64,000 nucleotides of DNA, from the NCBI RefSeq assembly GCF_009914755.1, contig NC_060941.1; one strand, written 5' to 3'. Each line of letters begins with the position of its first letter. Position 1 is the first letter of the stretch. The position numbers were made by a program, and so were the translations under genes. The notes under the pieces were generated by a model, which had not been told where the DNA came from, did no database searches, and worked only from the letters and a program-made list of their open reading frames with translations. This document shows, one piece after another, positions 56,801 through 64,000 of the stretch. The stretch comes from the human T2T-CHM13v2.0 reference genome, Homo sapiens.

Positions 56801-57436
56801 AAATAAATAGGTGGGACTTAATTAAACTAAAGAGCTTCTGCACAGCAAAAGGAACAGACAGCAAAGTAAACAGACAACCCACAGAGTGAGATAAAATCTT
56901 CACAATCTATACATTTGACTAAAGACTAATATCTGGAATCTACAAGGAACTCAAACAAATGAATAAGAAAAAAAACAAACAATCCCATCAAAAAGTAGGC
57001 TAAGGACATGAATAGAAAATTCTCAAAAGAAGATACACAAATGGCCGATAAACATATGAAAAAAGGTCCAACATCACTAATGATCAGGGAAATGCAAATC
57101 AAAACCACAATGTGATACCACCTTACTACTGCAAGAATGATCATAACCAAAAAATCAAAAAATAATAGATGTTGGGGTGAATGTGGTGAAAAGAGAAGAC
57201 TTCTACACTGCTGATAGGAATGTAAACTAGTACAACCACTATGGAAAACAGTGTGGAGATTTCTTAAAGAACTAAAATCCAGCAATCCCACTACTGGGTA
57301 TCTACCCAGAGGAAGAAAAGTCACTATACAAAAAAAGATATTGCACATGCATATTTATAGCAGCACAATTAGCAATTGCAAAAACATGGAACCAGCCCAA
57401 ATGCCCATCAATCAATGAGTGGATAAAGAAATTGTG

Positions 57437-57486
<50 letters not shown>

Positions 57487-57640
57487 ATATATATATATAT
57501 ATATGATGGAATGCTACTCAGCCATAAAAAAAGAACAGATTAATGGCATTCGCAGCAATCTGGATGGAACTGAAGACTATTATTCTAAGTGAAGTAACTC
57601 AGGAATGGAAAACCAAACATCATATGTCCTCACTCATAAG
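53803..57640 (+). pseudogene. L1 ORF2p (endonuclease-RT) remnant
   Basis: [32 protein letters not shown]; many stops and frameshifts. Confidence 0.92.
57443..57503. repeat. (TA)n microsatellite within L1
   Basis: Direct reading. Confidence 0.95.
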
Positions 57641-58584
57641 GGGGAGCCAAGCCATGAGCATGTAAAGTCATAAGAATGATACAATGGACTTTGGGGACTC
57701 CAGGGAAAGGGAGGGAGGGGGTTGAGGGATAAAAGATTACAAATTGGGTTCAGTGTATAATGCTTGGCTGAAGGGTGCACCAAAATCTCACAAATCACCA
57801 CTAAATAACTTACTCATGTAACCAAACACTATCTGTTCACCAATAACCTACAGGAATAAAAAATTAAAAATTAGAAAAATTTCAAATTTATTAAAAAAAA
57901 TTTATATAAATTAAATATAATGCCCAAGATTCCAGAGCTAGCCTCACTGGGGTCAGAGGTTTTAATCCAGAGAGTCCAACTATAGAGTTTTAACCACTGG
58001 AAATACTGTCTTGCTAGGCATTAGGCTTCAGCAACTTATTTTAACAATTGTTTAGTAAGTAGCAGTGGCTACAGTTGTCATTGGCATTAGAGTGCTTCAA
58101 CAACAAGAAAAACTATTTGTGAATAAATAAGCATGTAGAACACAGTGGTTGAGAATCTAAAAACTTGCCATATTCAGCAAGTAGGTTGGTATGAAAGTCG
58201 GGATTGTGTGCCAGAAAGAAAAATAAGATAACATAATTTCAAAATGAATGTCTGTCCTTTTAATAGAATTCACCTTAGCAAAGTTTATCTAATCACTATT
58301 CTTAACTTCATCTTTTTTTAATTTCAAGAACCAGGTCATTATGAAAAGGTCTGGATGGTTCAAAAAAGCAAATTTGGCACAAAAGGACAGGTCAGGTACA
58401 AAGTGGCTAGAACCAGGACAGTCGTGGCACTTGATCACAAGAATGAAGACAAAACCCCTCACTGAAAGTAGAGCCAGAGATCACAGACTGGCTCAGTGGC
58501 AAAGTTGGAGACTGGTTGACAATTACACACATTCTCTCCTTAAGATTCACCCCATCCCCATGATAATAAGAGCAACAATAGCAT

Positions 58585-58594
58585 GACATGCACA

Positions 58595-58629
<35 letters not shown>

Positions 58630-58630
58630 A
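58585..58630. repeat. (CA)n microsatellite
   Basis: Direct reading. Confidence 0.95.
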
Positions 58631-58949
58631 GAACTCCTATGCAGGGATGCATCCCAGTGTAGAGATAAATTTAAATGACATCAATTGAAAAATACAATGA
58701 AATGTCTCTATTTCTTTTCTTCAACTACCCTATGCCTCTTTATTCACCTGAACCCCCTTTCAGAAAGTCTCCAAGACCCTGGGAAATTTCCCATGCCTTC
58801 CCGACTTCCAACACAGATCTCATTTGACCATGCTCCTTTTCTGGGTAATGAGTGTCTGACTCAGTGGTAACTTGGTCAGCTTTGGGTCAGAGAATCCAAG
58901 CTTTTTTTTTTTTTTTTTTTCCCAAAAGGTTACAATTCCATGTTGAACT

Positions 58950-59172
58950 GGCAGATGATGCTTGTCATCTCATTCTGGCTCCAACGCTTGACAGCTCTAT
59001 GGCTTTGGGCATGTTATTTATCTTCTCTGTGGCTCATTTTTTTATTTATAAAGTGGGCAGATATGAGGACCTCCCCTTAGGGTTCTTATTAGGATTACGT
59101 GAAACAAGCCATGTAAAGCATTTAGCACAGTGCTGGCATGCAGTAAGTACTCAGTAAAAGTCATTATTATTA
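58950..59172. mobile_element. MIR
   Basis: 'ggctttgggcatgttatttatcttctctgtggctcat...catgtaaagcatttagcacagtgctggcatgcagtaagtactcagtaaaag'. Confidence 0.8.
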
Positions 59173-60406
59173 TGTTCACTCTTGCTATTTTTGTTACATG
59201 TAGTTGCAATGTTGGCAAAAATGAGTTCTTAAACCTGGAATTTCAGTCTAGTTTGTGAATTGAGTTACACAGAGAGGCCTTAATTTTGCTCATCGGGTTG
59301 GTGATTGATGCTTGTTTGCTAACACAGAAAATGTTGGCAAAGGCAGGAAGGAGGGCTGGCAGAATAGCTGTACTAATTACCGAAGGTGCAAATTCAACAT
59401 GCAGCAGTCTTGCACGACATAATGAGCCTGTGCTGAGGTGAAACAGGAGGTTTGTTACATACATTAGAATTAGATGCTCTAATTGCTTAGCATCCCAAAT
59501 GTGAATGATTTCTTGAGAAATAGAAGAAAGTGATCCACCCACTTCTACATGACAACAAAAGAGTTCTCTTCAGTTGGCTGATAAGCAGGAAACCAGGACG
59601 TAAGGGTAATTTCATCCAGGCAACAATTGACTAGATATGCTGCTACCTCTTCTCAAACACCACAGGGAGAAACAGAAGAATGTGATGAAGGAACAATGTC
59701 CTTTATTAAGGGGAACCTGGTAGCATTTCTTCACTGGCTAATGAGGGGACTGGCAGTGGGTCATTTGTGCTTTGATGGATGTTTAAAATTCAGGAGTTGA
59801 ACCAGCCAATCAAGCAGCAGCTATGATAGGAATAAGAACAACTTTTGGTTATTGCGTTTAAGGAATATTATACATTATCCTGAGCAGATTCTAAGAATCT
59901 AAGACTATGATTTCAAGAGAATATACATATTTATGGAATTTAGCAATGAAGTCATTCAACAGATTGTTCAACAGTGCCACCTGTAGGCAAGTGTATGCCC
60001 CTTTAATGGTGTGATGTCAAGAAAGAATCAGCACCTCTCAAAAGTTTGGCAAGAGCTTTTAGATCAGACTGAAGTTTTAATCCTAATTCTGATTTTCATG
60101 AGCTATGTGAGCTTTGGCAAGTTTCTCCACCTTTCTGAATTATTCAATAACTGTTTTTGCAACTCCAGTGACAAATAACACTCATTTTTAACAGAAACAG
60201 TCTATTCCATCTTTTGAGACATGAGTTCTGGAAGTTCTTTGCAGGGCTATCTCAATATAATTTTACTAATTAGCTCAATTTCCCCTCTTGGGAATATTCA
60301 AATCTTTCATCAATCAATATAGTTCTAAAAATATTAGAGAACAGATATTGCCTTCCTTCTTAATCTTTCTTTCTCTGGGCTAGTACTAGTTGCCCTTATG
60401 ACCATC

Positions 60407-60710
60407 TTTTTTTTTTTTTTTTTTTGAGACAGGGTCTTGCTCTGTCATCCAGGCTAGAGTGCAGTGGCACAATCACATCTCACTGTAGCTTCAAATTCCT
60501 ACGCTCAAGCAGTCCTCCTACCTCAGCCTCCCAAGTAGCTGGGACCACAGGCATGTGCTACCATGCCTGGCTAATTTTTTGATTTTTTAAATAAAGATGG
60601 GGGTCTCGCTTTGTTGCCTAGGCTAATCTCAAACTCCTGGCCTCAAGCAATCCTCCTACCTTGGCCTCCCAAAGCTCTGGGATTCCAGGTGTGAGCCACC
60701 ATATCCAGCC
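60407..60710 (-). mobile_element. AluJ
   Basis: Full antisense dimer; perfect TSD CCTTATGACCATCTT on both sides. Confidence 0.95.
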
Positions 60711-62294
60711 TCCTTATGACCATCTTATACAAAACAAAAATAAATGCTAATCACTAACATCAGTAGTAGTTACAAGAATTTTTTTCAGAACTTTATGAGG
60801 TAGTTCTATTATTTATTTTATTTCATTATTTCTATTTTATTTTATAATTCCTTTTTTGTTTTATGACCTCTTACTATCCCTATGAAATCTGATGAAATCA
60901 AAGTATTCATTCAGTTTACCTAAGCTTATAACCCTGCATATGGTTTAAACACCCCTTAAGACCTATCCTTGGTCTCAGGTCCTCAGTAAAGCTACCTGGA
61001 CCTCAGGTTTTAAAACTCCTATTTTAAAAGAAGGAATTGAAGAGATGGAGCCAATATTCTATTTTTGCTCCCTCAATCTTACTTCTCACTCTTCTTCTGC
61101 AGATATCCTTACTCCACAAACTCCGATAAAAGAAACAAATCCCTTGGTTTTGTTGACCTAGTAAACATTGCTACTGTTGTGTTTTCACACCAGCAAATAG
61201 AATTTATTGCTAAAAAGTCAGAAAGTTACTTTTTAATTTTCAGTTTGCACAGTTCTTCAGTCTGGGAGACTGTAGAGATTTCAAATCTAGCCACAGGTGT
61301 TCAGTGAGTAGCTACACTCTGGGCCTAGCTTCCAGGAAGAGTCAGCACCTTCTACAAAAGAAAGAAGAAAACATTCTTGTCTGGTAAGAAGATAGAAGGC
61401 TCAAGGTCAAGAAGGCAGCAGATGTGTGAATCTAAAGTTTTCAGAAGAGAGAAAGAAAGATTGCCTTTTGAGCTATAATTTTCAGCTTTGTGAAGGCACC
61501 AGAACCACAGATCATCACTATGCAGCTATTATATTTCAGGCATTGATTTTTGCAACAAGGTACAGGGAATAGGCAAACACTGAATTTTCATTAGCTCCTT
61601 GAGGAAAGTGAGCATCCTTCCCAAACCAAAATGTCCAGAACATATTAAGGGATAATTTATAAAAGCTGGCTCAGTGGATTTTAAACAAACAGCAGCAATT
61701 GCAATGAAGCATTACTGGGTGAGTCGCTAATTTGAAGTAGGTCATGCCCATGTTAAAGAGCTACTTATTCAAAGCACTTGCCTTTTCTTTACTCAAAACT
61801 TTAATAGGAAAGCTGTCTGTTGTTTCCTTTTTTGTTTCTTTTGTATATGTTTTTTCCACAGAAGGGTGTTATGAAAAACCTGAAGAGTTAAGAGATAATT
61901 CCAGGTTAAAAATACCTATAAGATTTATATTATATCAGAAATCAAAGTCCTCAACACTAGTACCATATTATGTACTCAGACACCAAAGTAAACACTGGGA
62001 AGTATATTGAGTAATGTAGAACCATCTCTGTGGCATTTATCAAAACCTACTTGGCACTATGATCACTTGAGTCTTACTTTTACTCTTCTTACAAAGCTAT
62101 AAGCTTCTTGAGGTCAGAGAAGCCTTTTTACTCACTGCAAAGTCTGATACAGGAGCTCACACATACTGAGTAATGGGAAAAAAAAGGGACTTACTTCCAC
62201 ATCTAAGAATGTATCCTACATGAATAATTGTGTTGAAATGTCCATATAAAGACATTTCCTGCAGTCATTCATTATTTCAGTTAAGAAATATTTA

Positions 62295-62870
<576 letters not shown>

Positions 62871-63211
62871 CTAAATGATTACAAAACATGTATTTAGCTA
62901 CAGAGTGTGATAAGGACTTTGAAGGATACATATTTGATTCTGTGGGACTATGTACCCAAAGATCTGATCTACTCAGGGGGACTATAAAGGCTTTTCTAAG
63001 GAAGTGATGATTGTACCAAGACCATAAGGTAAGTGATACATGTATATTGAGAAGGCAGAAGGCAGATGGCAGAGGGCAGGAGGGAACCAGGAGAGTGGAG
63101 GAGAATGTAGAACTGCAGTGCATTCTAGGAGTGAGATGTGTCAAGACAGATGGACATGTAATGTCATGGAGGCCATACTAAGGAGATTTATCTTTACCAG
63201 AAGAGTAATGG

Positions 63212-63370
63212 TAGCCAGGTGCAGTGGCATATGCCTGTAATCCCAGCAACTCAGGAGTGTGAGGTGGCAGGATCGCTCGAGCCAAGGTGGTCGAGGCTGC
63301 AGTTAGCCACAATTACACCATCGCACTCCAGCCTGGGTGACAGAGTGAGATTCTATCTCAAAAAAAAAAA
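63212..63370 (+). mobile_element. Alu right-arm monomer (FRAM-like or 5'-truncated AluJ) within antisense L2
   Basis: 'tagccaggtgcagtggcatatgcctgtaatcccagc...gagattctatctcaaaaa'; TSD a(g/a)agtaatgg. Confidence 0.85.
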
Positions 63371-63939
63371 AAAGTAATGGGATGTCACTGAAGGGTCTTA
63401 AGGTAGGGGTGATAGAAGAAATGGATGTTTTTGTATAGTGTAATTTTACATCATAGGAAAAATGGAAAATCTAGTCTCTACATATTTTTTAAAAGCCCTG
63501 AGCTTATTTATCTATCTATTTATTAATTTTTAATAAAAGGAAAGTGTAGTTAGGGAAAGTTTTCTAAGAAAGCATAAAAGCAATCTGTTTTCTCAGATAT
63601 TATATAAGGTACACTGAACAACAAAATAGGCAATGCCTTCAACAATTGTTCTGCAACAATTGTTGGAGCTTTCCAAATATAGTCATTTCTTTTAGCAATA
63701 TTAAAGAACAAAAACTAAGGGAATAGCATTGAAACAAAATATGGGACAAGGTTTTGTTTGTGTGTGGACAGCAAAGCTAATGTGTTCCAGATAAACACTT
63801 TTCTGTGGGTCTCATTAGATTTTAAGCTAAAACTGACAGCTGAACTACTACTGTAGATACAAAGATGAAAAAGGCATGGTCCCTGTTCTCAGAGACACCA
63901 CAACTAATTTATGAAGATCTATTATTATTTCCTAAGCTT

Positions 63940-64000
63940 TTATTTGTTTGTTTTTTGTCTTGAGACAGAGTCTCACTGTATCGCCCAGGCTGGTCTCAAA
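63940..64000 (-). mobile_element. Alu/FLAM 3' end, cut by the window edge
   Basis: T-rich tail then 'tgagacagagtctcactgtatcgcccaggctggtctcaaa'. Confidence 0.8.

Larger units (their letters stand above)
51292..57896 (+). mobile_element. Full-length L1PB (L1PBa-type 5'UTR, L1PB1-like 3'UTR), ~6.6 kb, inserted in a MIR
   Basis: 5'UTR 'atggcagatagaaggcaggacta...'; ORF1/ORF2 remnants; A-tail; 17-bp TSD with 2 mismatches (aagatttagataaatta 51275-91, aaaatttatataaatta 57897-913). Confidence 0.93.

Overview
AT-rich simian primate (human-like) intergenic or intronic DNA; I cannot place the locus from sequence alone. I find no supportable host protein-coding exon, RNA gene or CRISPR array, and most ORFs in the track are repeat-derived or chance. 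The window is mostly transposable elements: about 11 Alus, a full-length L1PB, older L1/L2/MIR/L3 fragments, several solo LTRs (MER57/LTR54-like, LTR27/28-like, MER4, LTR40, LTR33, MLT1, MLT2, THE1D), a HERV-H provirus lacking its 5' LTR, and DNA transposons (full-length Hsmar1, MER85, Tigger1, MER5A, MER53). Subfamily names come from recalled consensus sequences, not a database search. The most notable structures are: (i) a ~91% identical inverted duplication of an LTR/flank junction (21984-24442); (ii) a multi-junction scramble confined within one TSD-bounded MLT2 LTR (30957-33962), next to a ~240-bp tandem duplication; (iii) the one-LTR HERV-H sitting in a nearly uninterrupted L1 target; (iv) an open 201-codon internally deleted env ORF in that provirus; (v) neighbouring potential binding sites for two domesticated transposase fusion proteins (SETMAR, CSB-PGBD3); (vi) a long (GGAA)n array. 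None of these demonstrates a new biological system; they are testable leads.
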